Shown here: positions 27,564 to 36,023 of the stretch, piece after piece
Numbering within the stretch: position 1 is the first letter of the stretch
How the letters are laid out: each line of letters starts with the position of its first letter
DNA from: an uncultured Acidobacteriota bacterium
GTDB lineage: Bacteria > Acidobacteriota > Thermoanaerobaculia > Multivoradales > UBA5704
Assembly: GCA_963700145.1 (NCBI GenBank)
Contig: OY969474.1
Location: forward strand, 5,340,928 to 5,404,927
Direction: 5' to 3'
Length of the DNA: 64,000 bases
Notes under the pieces: generated by a model
Database searches by the model: none
Seen by the model: only the letters and a program-made list of their open reading frames with translations
What the model was told of the DNA's origin: nothing
Translations under genes and position numbers: made by a program

Positions 27564-28643
27564 ATGGCCAAGACGAGCCGGGGGCTCGGGCCCCTCCATC
27601 CGCAGGCGGCGCCGGCCGCCGCCGACCGGCTGGCCCGCACCTCGCTCGCGCGCGAGCAGCAGCTCGAGCTCTACCGCTACCTCCAGCTCACCCGCATGAC
27701 CGAGGCGCGCCTCGGCAACCTCTACCGCCAGGGGAAGGTGGTCGGCGGGCTCTATTCGAGCCGCGGCCAGGAGGCGGTCTCGGTGGGGAGCGCCTACGCG
27801 CTGGCGCCGCAGGACGTGATCGGCCCGATCATTCGCAACCTGGGCGCGATGCTGGTCCGCGGCGTCCAGCCGCGCGAGGTGATGATGCAGTACATGGCGC
27901 GCGCCGACAGCCCGACCGGCGGCAAGGACGCCAACACCCACTTCGGCGACCTCTCGCGCGGTCTGGTGGCGCCGATCTCGATGCTCGGCGCGCTGATCCC
28001 GGTGATGGCCGGGGTCGCCCTCGCCGGGCGCATGCTCGGCAAAGACCTCGTCGCCATGACCTGGATCGGCGACGGCGGCACCTCGACGGGCGACTTCCAC
28101 GAGGGGTTGAACCTGGCCGCGGTGCTCAACGTGCCGTTCGTCCTCATCGCCGAGAACAACGGCTACGCCTACTCGACCCCGACCGAGCGGCAGATGCGGA
28201 TCAAGAACATCGCCGTGCGCGCCGCCGGCTACGGCATCCCCGGCGAGGTGGTGGACGGCAACGACGTGCTGGCGGTCTACGAGGTGACCAAGCGCGCCGT
28301 GGACCGCGCCCGCGCCGGCGGCGGTCCCACTCTCGTCGAGGCCAAGACCTTCCGCATGAAGGGGCACGCCGAGCACGACGACGCCGGCTACGTGCCGCCG
28401 GAGCTCTTCGAGCAGTGGCGGCTGCGCGACCCGATCGACCGCTTCCACCGCCACCTGCTGGCCGAAGGCCTGGCGAGCGAGGAGGAGCTGGCGGCGGTCG
28501 CGGCGGAGATCGACAAGGTCCTCGACGCCGAGGTGGACCGCGCCCTCGCTTCCCCCTTTCCGCCGCCCGAGCGGGCGCTCGAAGGGGTCTACGAAGAGGG
28601 GCCGCCGGCCGAGGCCGAAGCCGGCGGCGTGGGAGCGCCCTGA
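27564..28643 (+). CDS. 2-oxoacid dehydrogenase E1 component, alpha subunit (TPP-dependent)
   Basis: 359 aa with the TPP-binding region GDGGTSTGDFHEGLNLAAVLNVPFVLIAENNGYA. Substrate (pyruvate or branched-chain) was not resolved. Confidence 0.85.
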   Translation: MAKTSRGLGPLHPQAAPAAADRLARTSLAREQQLELYRYLQLTRMTEARLGNLYRQGKVVGGLYSSRGQEAVSVGSAYALAPQDVIGPIIRNLGAMLVRGVQPREVMMQYMARADSPTGGKDANTHFGDLSRGLVAPISMLGALIPVMAGVALAGRMLGKDLVAMTWIGDGGTSTGDFHEGLNLAAVLNVPFVLIAENNGYAYSTPTERQMRIKNIAVRAAGYGIPGEVVDGNDVLAVYEVTKRAVDRARAGGGPTLVEAKTFRMKGHAEHDDAGYVPPELFEQWRLRDPIDRFHRHLLAEGLASEEELAAVAAEIDKVLDAEVDRALASPFPPPERALEGVYEEGPPAEAEAGGVGAP

Positions 28644-28648
28644 CGCCG

Positions 28649-29626
28649 ATGGCCGAGACGGTCACCTACCTCGAGGCGATCCGCCAGGGGCTGTGGGAGG
28701 AGATGGAGGCCGACCCGCGGGTCTTCATGCTCGGCCAGGACATCGGCACCTACGGCGGCGCCTTCCGCGTCACCGCCGGCTTCCTCGATCGCTTCGGTCC
28801 CGAGCGGGTAATCGACACGCCGATCAGCGAGTCGGCGATGGTGGGAGCGGCGATCGGCGCCGGCATGATGGGCCTGCGGCCGGTCGTCGAGATGCAGTTC
28901 ATCGACTTCATCGCCTGCGCCTTCAACCAGATCGTCAACTTCGCCGCCACCTGCCGCTACCGCTGGGGGCAGGCGGTGCCGATCGTCATCCGCGGCCCTT
29001 CCGGCGGCAACGTCCGCGGCTCGGCTTTCCACAGTCAGAACCCGGAGGGGTACTTCCAGCGCGCGCCGGGGCTCAAGATCGTGGCCCCGGCCACCGTCGC
29101 CGACGCCAAGGGGCTCATCAAGGCGGCGATCCGCGACCCCAACCCGATCCTCTTCTTCGAGCACAAGTACCTCTACCGGCGGATCAAGGAGGAGCTGCCG
29201 GCGGGGGACGGCGTGGTGCCGATCGGCCAAGCGCGCCTGGCGCGCGCCGGCCGCGACCTCACGGTCGTCACCTGGGGTGCTATGGTCCACGTCGCGCTCG
29301 AAGCGGCCGGGCGCCTCGAGGCGGAAGGCATCGAGCTCGAGGTCCTCGACCTGCGCACCCTCAAGCCGCTGGACGAGGAGGCCTTCCTCGCCTCGGCGCG
29401 CAAGACCAACCGGGTCCTGGTGTTGACCGAAGAGCCGCTCACCGGCTCGGTCGGGGGGGAGGTGGCGGCGCGCATCGCCGAGAAGGCGTTCGACTGGCTC
29501 GACGCGCCGGTCGCCCGCCTCGGCGGTCCCGACACCCCGGTGCCCTACAGCCCGACGCTCGAGGACGCCTGGCTACCCAACGTCGACAAGCTCGTGGCCC
29601 GGGTGCGCGAGCTCTTGAGCCATTGA
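28649..29626 (+). CDS. 2-oxoacid dehydrogenase E1 component, beta subunit
   Basis: MAETVTYLEAIRQGLWEEMEADPRVFMLGQDIG...VIDTPISE is a typical transketolase-like E1-beta N-terminus. Confidence 0.9.
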   Translation: MAETVTYLEAIRQGLWEEMEADPRVFMLGQDIGTYGGAFRVTAGFLDRFGPERVIDTPISESAMVGAAIGAGMMGLRPVVEMQFIDFIACAFNQIVNFAATCRYRWGQAVPIVIRGPSGGNVRGSAFHSQNPEGYFQRAPGLKIVAPATVADAKGLIKAAIRDPNPILFFEHKYLYRRIKEELPAGDGVVPIGQARLARAGRDLTVVTWGAMVHVALEAAGRLEAEGIELEVLDLRTLKPLDEEAFLASARKTNRVLVLTEEPLTGSVGGEVAARIAEKAFDWLDAPVARLGGPDTPVPYSPTLEDAWLPNVDKLVARVRELLSH

Positions 29627-29643
29627 CCGCGAGGGATTGAACG

Positions 29644-31077
29644 ATGCCGACCGAAGTCGTGATGCCGCAGATGGGCGAGTCGATCGCCGAGGGGACGATC
29701 ACCAAGTGGCTGGTCAAGGTGGGGGACAAGGTGGAGCGCGACCAGCCGCTGTTCGAGATCTCGACCGACAAGGTGGACGCCGAGATCCCCAGCCCGGCGG
29801 CCGGGGTGCTCCTCGAGATCCGCAACAAGGAAGGGGAGACGGTCCCGGTCAACCAGGTCGTGGCGCTGATCGGGGCAGAGGGCGAGGCCGGGAAGGCCGC
29901 CGAGCCGGCCGCCGCGGCGCCGAAGGAGGAGGCCGCGCCGAAGGAAGAGGCGCCGGCTGCGGCGGCCGAGGCGGCGCCCACGCCGGCCTCGCCGGAGCCC
30001 GCGCCCGCACCCGCGGCGGACGGCGAGGAGAAGCCCGAGGCCGCCGAGCCGCCCGCCGCCGAGGCGGAGGCGAAGCCGGGGTCGGAAGAGGAGCGGCTGC
30101 GGAAGTTCTCGAGCCCGCTGGTGCGCAGCATCGCGGCCAAGGAAGGGGTCGACATCGGACAGGTCGAGGGGACCGGCGCCCAGGGGCGGGTCACCAAGCA
30201 GGACATCCTGAGCTTCATCGATCAGCGGCAGAAGCCCGCCGCGGCGGCGCCGCCAGCGGCTGCCGCGCCCGCCGGGCCGCGTCCGGCGCCGGTCCCGGCG
30301 CCCGCGCCGGCCGCACGGCCCGCCGGCACGTTCCACGTCCCCGCCTACGCCGAAGGCGAGAACGTCGAGATCGAGCCGATGAGCAAGATCCGGCAGATCA
30401 CCGCCGCGCACATGACCTACTCGAAGGCCACCTCGGCGCACGTCACCACGGTCTTCCACATGGACATGTCGCGCGTCGCCCGCGCCCGCGCCCGCGCCAA
30501 GGACGGCTTCCTCAAGAAGGAGGGGACGAAGCTCACCTACATGCCCTTCATCTTCAAGGCGGTGGTCAACGGCCTGAAGGCGCACAAGAAGCTCAACGCC
30601 GCGATCGACGGCACCAACGTCGTCTACAAGAAGGACATCAACCTCGGCATCGCGGTGGACCTCGGGCACGGCCTCATCGTGCCGGTCATCAAGCACGCCG
30701 ACCAGCTCTCTCTCGTCGGGCTCGCCAAGACCGCCAACGACCTCGCCGAGCGGGCGCGGTCGAAGAAGCTCAAGCCGGAAGAAGCGCAGGGCGGGACCTT
30801 CACCATCACCAACCCGGGCGTCTTCGGCAGTCTCTTCGGCACCCCGATCATCAACCAGCCGCAGGTGGCGATCCTGGGGATCGGCGTGGTCGAGAAGCGC
30901 CCGGTGGTGATCCAGGACGCCGACGGCAACGACGCGATCGCCATCAAGACGATGTCCTACTTCGGCATCTCCTACGACCACCGCCTGGTGGACGGCGCCG
31001 ACGCCGACCGTTTCATGATCGAGGTCAAGCGCACCCTCGAAGAGGACACCTGGACGGAGCTGGAGCCGTACAGCTAG
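29644..31077 (+). CDS. dihydrolipoamide acyltransferase (E2)
   Basis: Lipoyl domain (FEISTDKVDAEIPSP), Ala/Pro linker, subunit-binding domain (SSPLVRSIAAKEGVDIGQVEGTG) and catalytic DHRLVDG. Confidence 0.9.
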   Translation: MPTEVVMPQMGESIAEGTITKWLVKVGDKVERDQPLFEISTDKVDAEIPSPAAGVLLEIRNKEGETVPVNQVVALIGAEGEAGKAAEPAAAAPKEEAAPKEEAPAAAAEAAPTPASPEPAPAPAADGEEKPEAAEPPAAEAEAKPGSEEERLRKFSSPLVRSIAAKEGVDIGQVEGTGAQGRVTKQDILSFIDQRQKPAAAAPPAAAAPAGPRPAPVPAPAPAARPAGTFHVPAYAEGENVEIEPMSKIRQITAAHMTYSKATSAHVTTVFHMDMSRVARARARAKDGFLKKEGTKLTYMPFIFKAVVNGLKAHKKLNAAIDGTNVVYKKDINLGIAVDLGHGLIVPVIKHADQLSLVGLAKTANDLAERARSKKLKPEEAQGGTFTITNPGVFGSLFGTPIINQPQVAILGIGVVEKRPVVIQDADGNDAIAIKTMSYFGISYDHRLVDGADADRFMIEVKRTLEEDTWTELEPYS

Positions 31078-31081
31078 ACAG

Positions 31082-33100
31082 TCAGGGCGGCGCAGCCGCC
31101 GCGGCGAGCTCCGCGAGCGCTTCCCGCAGCCGCGCCGGGTCGCGCGCGGCCTCCGCGCCGTGGCGCCAGGTGCGCTCGGCCTCGGCCCGGTCGCCCGCCG
31201 CCAGCAGCGCCCGACCGAGCTCGAGGTAGGCGTCGGTTGCCGCGGGCTCGATCGCCAGCGCCCGCTGCAGCCGCGCGGCGGCCTCCCGCGGCCGTCCGCG
31301 CCGGCTCTCCACCCTCCCCAGGTCCACCCACGCCGCCACCAGCACCGGGCGGACGGCGACCGCCCGCTCGAGCGGCGGCACGGCCTCCTCGATCCGTCCG
31401 GCGACGAGCAGCAGGTGGCCGAGGTTGGCGAGCGCCTCCGGCCGGTCGGGGTCGCGCGCCAGCAGCCGGCGCAGCGTGCCGATCGCCTCCTCCCGCCGCC
31501 CCTGTCCGGCCTGTGCGACGGCCAGCCACTCCTCGGCGAGCGCGTGCCCGGGGTCGAGCGCGAGGACGCTGGCCAGCGTCCGCTCCGCCGCCGCGAAGGA
31601 GCGGTGCGCGAGCTGCCCGCGCGCCAGGTCGAGCGCCGGCTCGACCGCCGCCGGCTGGAAGCGCGGCAGCGCCTTCTCGAGGTGCTCGACCGCGGCGCGC
31701 GTGGTGCTGACGCGGAGGAGGGCGGCGGCGCGGTAGATCTCCCCGAGCGGCTGGGCCGGAGCCACGGCGGGGTCGAGCCAGCGGAGGTCGACCAGCGACG
31801 GCTCGCGCTCGGCGCGCGGTGCCAGGAGCTCGGGGCCGCCGGGGCGGCGGGCGATCTTGTGGTCGGTCATGACGACGTGCACCACGTCCTGGGTGCGCCG
31901 CTTGGGCATGTGGCAGGAGACGCAGTCGGCGGTCGCGGCCTGCATAGCGGCCTCTCCGGCCCCGCCGCCGCCGTGCGCCAAGCCGGTGCAGGCCTCGGCG
32001 CCGTGGCAGGTGAGGCAGGCGGCGCGGAAGTGCGCCGCCCGCTCCGGCTCCGCCACCTTGCGGTGCGGGTCGTGGCAGGTGAGGCAGCTCAGCCTCGTCC
32101 CGCTGGCCTGGAAGCACTTGCTCTGGCGCAGCCGGTAGGGGTGGTGGTTGATCTCGAAGCGCTCCTCGGGCCGCTGGTCCTCTTCCTCGACTTCGAGCTC
32201 CAGGCGGTGCGCGGCGAGCGGCTCCCCAGGGCGAAAGGCGTAGTCGCCGCGCCCGAAGCGGAGCACGCCCGGGACCACGACCGAGGGCTGCATGTGGCAC
32301 TGGAAGCAGACGTCGTCGCGCCGCTCCGGCGGCAGGCGCCCCGGGTTGACGACCGCGGCGCGCACCGCGTCCGCCTCGGCGCCGGCAAAGGCGCGGCGGA
32401 CGTGCTCGGCGCCCGGCCCGTGGCAGCGCTGGCAGCCGATCCCCTCCGGCAGCTCGCTCGGGAAGACCTGCGGCGCCGCGTGGGCGTCGCTCCCGGCCGG
32501 GACGTCGGGGTAGGCGTTGTGGCAGACCATGCACTCCCGCCGCACCCGCCGGAGGACCCCTTCGTGGTCCGGGCGGTCGAAGCCGGGGGCCATGCCCCAG
32601 CTCTTGGCCTGCGTGTACCAGGCGAGCGGGAGCTGGTAGAGCTCGCCGCCGGGGGTGCGATAGAGGTAGGTGCGGGCGTGGTTGCCCGAGCCGAGCACCC
32701 AGTCCACCTCCTGCTCGAAGACGTTGATCGGCTGGCCGTCGGCGGCGACCTGGTCGCGGCGAAAGAGGAGCCGGTCGCCGCTCCGCCGCAGCGCGAAGCG
32801 CTGGCGCGAGGCGGCGTGGACGAAGGGCGGCGCCGTGAAGTCCTCGACGTCGGTTTGCGGGCGCGGGCGGTAGAACGACCGCGCCATCCCGACCTCCTGG
32901 AAGGAGCGTGCGAGGTCGCGGTGGCAGTTGGCGCAGACGCGGTCCTCGAGGTAACCCGGCGCGGCGCCGGCGGTGACCCGGTAGCCCAGCTCGGCGAGGG
33001 GATCGGGGGGCGGAGGGTCGGCCGCGGCGGCTGTCCACGCGAGCGCGGCCGCCGCCAGCCCGGACGCGAGGAGCAAGGCTCCGCGGTGGGAGATCGCCAT
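31082..33100 (-). CDS. multihaem c-type cytochrome (7 CxxCH) fused to C-terminal TPR repeats
   Basis: Signal peptide, then CANCH, CMVCH, CQRCH, CFQCH, CLTCH, CLTCH and CVSCH. The C-terminal third is TPR-like (AxxxLxxALxxxP repeats). Confidence 0.8.
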   Translation of the reverse strand: MAISHRGALLLASGLAAAALAWTAAAADPPPPDPLAELGYRVTAGAAPGYLEDRVCANCHRDLARSFQEVGMARSFYRPRPQTDVEDFTAPPFVHAASRQRFALRRSGDRLLFRRDQVAADGQPINVFEQEVDWVLGSGNHARTYLYRTPGGELYQLPLAWYTQAKSWGMAPGFDRPDHEGVLRRVRRECMVCHNAYPDVPAGSDAHAAPQVFPSELPEGIGCQRCHGPGAEHVRRAFAGAEADAVRAAVVNPGRLPPERRDDVCFQCHMQPSVVVPGVLRFGRGDYAFRPGEPLAAHRLELEVEEEDQRPEERFEINHHPYRLRQSKCFQASGTRLSCLTCHDPHRKVAEPERAAHFRAACLTCHGAEACTGLAHGGGGAGEAAMQAATADCVSCHMPKRRTQDVVHVVMTDHKIARRPGGPELLAPRAEREPSLVDLRWLDPAVAPAQPLGEIYRAAALLRVSTTRAAVEHLEKALPRFQPAAVEPALDLARGQLAHRSFAAAERTLASVLALDPGHALAEEWLAVAQAGQGRREEAIGTLRRLLARDPDRPEALANLGHLLLVAGRIEEAVPPLERAVAVRPVLVAAWVDLGRVESRRGRPREAAARLQRALAIEPAATDAYLELGRALLAAGDRAEAERTWRHGAEAARDPARLREALAELAAAAAPP

Positions 33101-33114
33101 CTAGAATCCGCCCG

Positions 33115-33792
33115 ATGATAGCCCCGGCCGCGAGCTCGCCGCGCGTCACCCGCTGGGCCTTCCTCGGGCGGGTTCCCTACGCCGAGGCCGTGGCGCTCCA
33201 GCTCGCGGCGCGCGAGGGGGTCAAGCGCGGCACCGGCGACGAGCGGCTCCTCCTCCTCGAGCACCCGCACGTCTACACGCTCGGCCGCAACGCCAGCGCC
33301 GCGGACGTCCTCGGCGGCGAGGAGTGGCTGCGCGCCCGCGGCATCGAGGTGGCGGAGTGCGACCGGGGCGGCCAGGTCACCTACCACGGGCCCGGCCAGC
33401 TCGTCGGCTACCCGGTGATCGACCTCAACCCCGATCGCCGCGACATCCGCCGCTACGTGCGCGACCTGCAGGAGGTGCTGGTGCGGACGCTGGCCGACTC
33501 CGGCGTCGCCGCCGAGGCGCGGAGCGAGCAGTCGGCCATCGGGGTGTGGGTGGGGAAGGAGAAGATCGCTTCGATCGGCGTCCACCTGTCGCGCTGGGTG
33601 ACGACCCACGGCTTCGCGCTCAACGTGGCGACCGACCTCTCCTACTTCGCCGGCATCGTCCCCTGCGGCCTCTCCGGCGTCGGCATCACCTCGGTCGAGC
33701 GGCTGACCGGCCGGCGCGAGGAGGTCGCCGCCGTCGCCGCCCGCTGCGCGCGTCACTTCGGAGAGGTCTTCGGGCGGACGATGCTGCCGTGA
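33115..33792 (+). CDS. lipB: lipoyl(octanoyl) transferase
   Basis: LLLLEHPHVYTLGRNA, RGGQVTYHGPGQLVGYPV and KIASIGV motifs. Confidence 0.9.
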   Translation: MIAPAASSPRVTRWAFLGRVPYAEAVALQLAAREGVKRGTGDERLLLLEHPHVYTLGRNASAADVLGGEEWLRARGIEVAECDRGGQVTYHGPGQLVGYPVIDLNPDRRDIRRYVRDLQEVLVRTLADSGVAAEARSEQSAIGVWVGKEKIASIGVHLSRWVTTHGFALNVATDLSYFAGIVPCGLSGVGITSVERLTGRREEVAAVAARCARHFGEVFGRTMLP

Positions 33793-34772
33793 AGCCGCCG
33801 CAGCAGATCGCCATCGGACTGAACGCGGTGATCGTGGCGGTCACCGCCGAGGTGCCGCGCATCCTGACCGTGCGCGCGCCGGGACCGGCGCCCGCTCTCG
33901 ACGCTCTCCCCTTCGGCCCGCTGGAGCCGGCCACCGACCGCACTCTCGACCGCGCCCTGCGCCGCTGGGTGCGCGAGCAGACCGGCGTCGGGCTCGGCTA
34001 CGTCGAGCAGCTCTACACCTTCGGCGACCGCGAGCGCGACCCGCGCGAAGCGCGCGGCGGAGCGCGTCTCGTCTCGGTCGCCTACCTGGCCCTGGTGCAG
34101 GAGCGCGCCGCCTCGGCCGCCGGCGCCGAGTGGCGCGGGTGGTACGAGTTCTTTCCCTGGGAGGACTGGCGCACCGGCCGGCCGCCGGTGCTGAGCGAGG
34201 CGATCGAGCCGGCTCTGGAGCGCTGGATCGCGGGCGCGCCGGACGCCGCCGCGCGGCGCGACCGCCGGGAGCGGGCCGACATCGCCTTCGGCCTGCGCGG
34301 CGTCGGCTGGGACGGCGACCGCGTGCTGGAGCGCTACGAGCTGCTCTACGAGGCCGGCCTGGTCGAGGAGGCCTGGCGCGATCGGGCGGAACGGGAGGGA
34401 CGGGCCGCCGGCCGCGACCAGGCTGCGGCCACGCTGCTGCCGAGCCGCTCGATGGTGCTCGACCACCGGCGCATCCTGGCCACCGCCCTGGGCCGCCTGC
34501 GCGGCAAGCTCAAGTACCGCCCGGTGGTCTTCGAGCTGCTGCCCCCGAGCTTCACGCTGCTCCAGCTCCAGCGGGTGGTCGAGGCCCTGGCCGGCATCCG
34601 CCTGCACAAGCAGAACTTCCGCCGGCTGGTGGAGACCGCCGGGCTGGTCGAGGGGACCGGCCGGCAGGAAACGGAGACCGGCGGCCGGCCGGCCGAGCTG
34701 TTCAGCTTCCGGCGCGAGGTGCTGCGCGAGCGGCCGGCACCCGGCATTTTCGCCGCGCCGCGGAGGTTGTAG
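33789..34772 (+). CDS. NrtR-like (Nudix-related) transcriptional regulator with C-terminal winged helix
   Basis: The GTG at 33789 overlaps the lipB stop. Nudix-like N-domain (EQLYTFGDRERDPR...VSVAYLALV) and C-terminal FTLLQLQRVVEALAGIRLHKQNFRRLV...GRPAELFSF. It lies immediately upstream of nadABC. Confidence 0.7.
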   Translation: MKPPQQIAIGLNAVIVAVTAEVPRILTVRAPGPAPALDALPFGPLEPATDRTLDRALRRWVREQTGVGLGYVEQLYTFGDRERDPREARGGARLVSVAYLALVQERAASAAGAEWRGWYEFFPWEDWRTGRPPVLSEAIEPALERWIAGAPDAAARRDRRERADIAFGLRGVGWDGDRVLERYELLYEAGLVEEAWRDRAEREGRAAGRDQAAATLLPSRSMVLDHRRILATALGRLRGKLKYRPVVFELLPPSFTLLQLQRVVEALAGIRLHKQNFRRLVETAGLVEGTGRQETETGGRPAELFSFRREVLRERPAPGIFAAPRRL

Positions 34773-34864
34773 AGGTCGGATGAGGCCGAGTTGCGGAGCC
34801 CGGTTATGGGCTCCGCTACCGGCAGGGTCGCCGGCCGGAACCGGCGATTGATCTGGAAGGCCGG

Positions 34865-34894
34865 TTGACAGCGGCAAATGCTCATCCGTAGCAT
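34865..34894 (+). promoter_or_regulatory. candidate sigma70-type promoter of nadABC (TTGACA-18-TAGCAT)
   Basis: TTGACA at 34865-34870 and TAGCAT at 34889-34894, about 83 bp upstream of the nadA ATG. Confidence 0.45.
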
Positions 34895-34895
34895 A
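34877..34895 (-). promoter_or_regulatory. candidate operator O1 (TATGCTACGGATGAGCATT on the minus strand), overlapping the -10
   Basis: Near-identical to O2 at 34938-34956 (TATGCTCAGAGTGAGCATT) but inverted. Both are imperfect palindromes TATGCTnnGnnTGAGCATT. Confidence 0.55.
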
Positions 34896-34937
34896 AGCGT
34901 CCAGGCCGGCTTGGCCGGCCTTTCTTCATCCCCTTGT

Positions 34938-34956
34938 TATGCTCAGAGTGAGCATT
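34938..34956 (+). promoter_or_regulatory. candidate operator O2 in the nadA leader
   Basis: TATGCTCA-GAG-TGAGCATT, with 7 of 8 positions palindromic, 21 bp upstream of the nadA ATG. Confidence 0.55.
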
Positions 34957-34976
34957 ATCGGGCGAGAGGAGACGAG

Positions 34977-36023
34977 ATGACCTCGACGGAGATCCGCACG
35001 GCGCTGCCGGTGCTCGACTACACGCCGGAGGTCGCGCGCGCCACCGCGCCGACCTACGAGCGGGTCCGCTCGGTCATCCCGGCGATCGAGTGGCCGGTCC
35101 ACGCCCCGTACGTCGCCGCCATCCAGGAGTGGAAGAAGCGGCGCAACGCGGTCGTCCTGGCGCACAACTACCAGACCCCCGAGATCTTCCACGGCGTCGC
35201 CGACGTCACCGGCGACTCGCTCGCCCTGGCGCAGCAGGGGGCCAAGACCGACGCCGACGTGATCGTGCTGGCCGGCGTCCACTTCATGGCCGAGACGGCG
35301 AAGATCCTGTCGCCGGAGAAGACCGTCCTGATCCCTGACCTCGAGGCCGGCTGCTCGCTCGCCGCCTCGATCACCGGCGCCGACGTGCGGCTGCTCAAGG
35401 AGCGCTACCCGGGCGTGCCGGTCGTCACCTACGTCAACACCTCGGCGGAGGTCAAGGCCGAATCGGACATCTGCTGCACCTCGGCCAACGCCGTGGGGGT
35501 CGTCGAGTCGCTCGGCGTGCCGCGGGTCATCTTCCTCCCCGACGAGTTCCTCGGCCGCTGGGTCGCCACCCAGACCGACGTCGAGATCATCCTCTGGCGC
35601 GGCCACTGCGAGGTGCACGAGCGCTTCACCGCCGCGGAGCTGCGCGCCTACCGCGAGCGCTTCGGCGCCGAGGGGATCGAGATCCTCGCCCACCCCGAGT
35701 GCCCGCCCGACGTCCTCGCCGAGGCCGACTTCGTGGGCTCGACCGCGGGCATGATCCGCCACGTCGGCGCCACCCGTCCCAAGCGGGTGGTGATGGTCAC
35801 CGAGTGCTCGATGAGCGACAACGTCGCGGTCGAGTACCCGGACGTCGAGTTCGTGCGCCCGTGCAACCTCTGCCCGCACATGAAGCGGATCACCCTGCCC
35901 AAGATCCTCTGGTCGCTGCAGAACCTCGAGCACCGGGTGGAGGTCGAGCCGGAGATCGCGGCGCGGGCGCGGCGGGCGGTCGAGCGGATGCTCGCCGTCG
36001 GGCGGCGGGAGGGGAGCAAGTGA
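34977..36023 (+). CDS. nadA: quinolinate synthase
   Basis: The ATG at 34977 after GAGAGGAGA is preferred to the track start at 34878. NadA motifs [28 protein letters not shown] and CxxC..C cluster residues. Confidence 0.9.
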   Translation: MTSTEIRTALPVLDYTPEVARATAPTYERVRSVIPAIEWPVHAPYVAAIQEWKKRRNAVVLAHNYQTPEIFHGVADVTGDSLALAQQGAKTDADVIVLAGVHFMAETAKILSPEKTVLIPDLEAGCSLAASITGADVRLLKERYPGVPVVTYVNTSAEVKAESDICCTSANAVGVVESLGVPRVIFLPDEFLGRWVATQTDVEIILWRGHCEVHERFTAAELRAYRERFGAEGIEILAHPECPPDVLAEADFVGSTAGMIRHVGATRPKRVVMVTECSMSDNVAVEYPDVEFVRPCNLCPHMKRITLPKILWSLQNLEHRVEVEPEIAARARRAVERMLAVGRREGSK

